Assembly: GCF_006345805.1 (NCBI RefSeq)
Contig: NC_043001.1
Coordinates: forward strand, 2,294,001 to 2,358,000
Length of the DNA: 64,000 nt
Origin: Octopus sinensis
Taxonomy: Eukaryota
Reading direction: 5' to 3'
Shown: positions 63,435 to 64,000 of the stretch, one piece after another
Layout: each line of letters begins with the position of its first letter
Position numbering within the stretch: position 1 is the first letter of the stretch
Notes under the pieces: model-generated
What the model was told of the DNA's origin: nothing
What the model saw: the letters and a program-made list of their open reading frames with translations, nothing else
Database searches by the model: none
Position numbers and translations under genes: made by a program

Positions 63435-64000
63435 ATTTTCGCACCTGGCCAGCAAGTTTGTGGAAGGGGGTAAGTCGATTAAATCAACTCCAGCGTTCAA
63501 CCGTTACTTATTTTATCGATTCCAAAATGATGAAAGGTAAAGTTGTCCTTGATGGCATCTGAACTCAAAAATTGTAAAGACAGAAAGAATTCTGCTTCGC
63601 ATTTTTCCCAATGTGGATTCTTTTCTTTTATAGGCACAAGGCCTGAAATTTGGGGGAGGGGTATAGTCGATTACATTGACCCTCACTACTGAACTGGTAC
63701 TTAACTTATCGATCCAGAAAGGATGAATGGTAAAGTCTACCTCGGTGGAATTTGAATTCAGAACGTAGCAACAGGCGAAATACCTATTTCTTTACTACCC
63801 ACAAGAGGCTAAACATACAGGGGACAAACAAACACAAGCAAAGGGATTAAGTTGATTACATCGACCCCAGTGCGTAACTGGTACTTAATTTATCCACCAC
63901 GAAAGGATGTAAGGCAAAGTCGACCTCGGCAGAATTTGAACTCAGAACATAACGGCAGGCAGACGAAATACCTATTTCTTTACTACCCACAAGGGGCTAA
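63435..64000 (-). mobile_element. SINE family B multimer running off the window end
   Basis: Successive bodies joined at the same CGAAATA|CCTATTTCTTT junction (63780 and 63970). Confidence 0.9.

Overview
Eukaryotic, AT-rich, repeat-dominated DNA. No host protein-coding gene, rRNA, true tRNA or CRISPR array can be supported. The microsatellite density and the tRNA-derived SINE families most resemble a coleoid cephalopod (Octopus-like) genome; this is recognition, not a database result. Contents: dozens of SINE copies from at least four families (named A, B, C and CORE-like here), a full-length mariner relic with TIRs and TA duplication, three Tc1/mariner derivatives with very long inverted ends, hAT-type MITEs, Helitron Rep/helicase relics and non-autonomous Helitron-like elements, R4/Dong-like, RTE and L1/Tx1-like LINE relics, a ~750-bp-arm inverted duplication, and a 1.38-kb 19-bp minisatellite. 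The most interesting signal is a ~170-bp repeat present four times that carries a minimal type-I hammerhead ribozyme of the Penelope-like kind. Twice it lies downstream of a tRNA-like Pol III head and an (AAT)n spacer, suggesting a ribozyme-bearing SINE-like retroelement. Most listed ORFs are artefacts of simple repeats or are transposon remnants. Translations and alignments were done by eye and coordinates of decayed elements are approximate.
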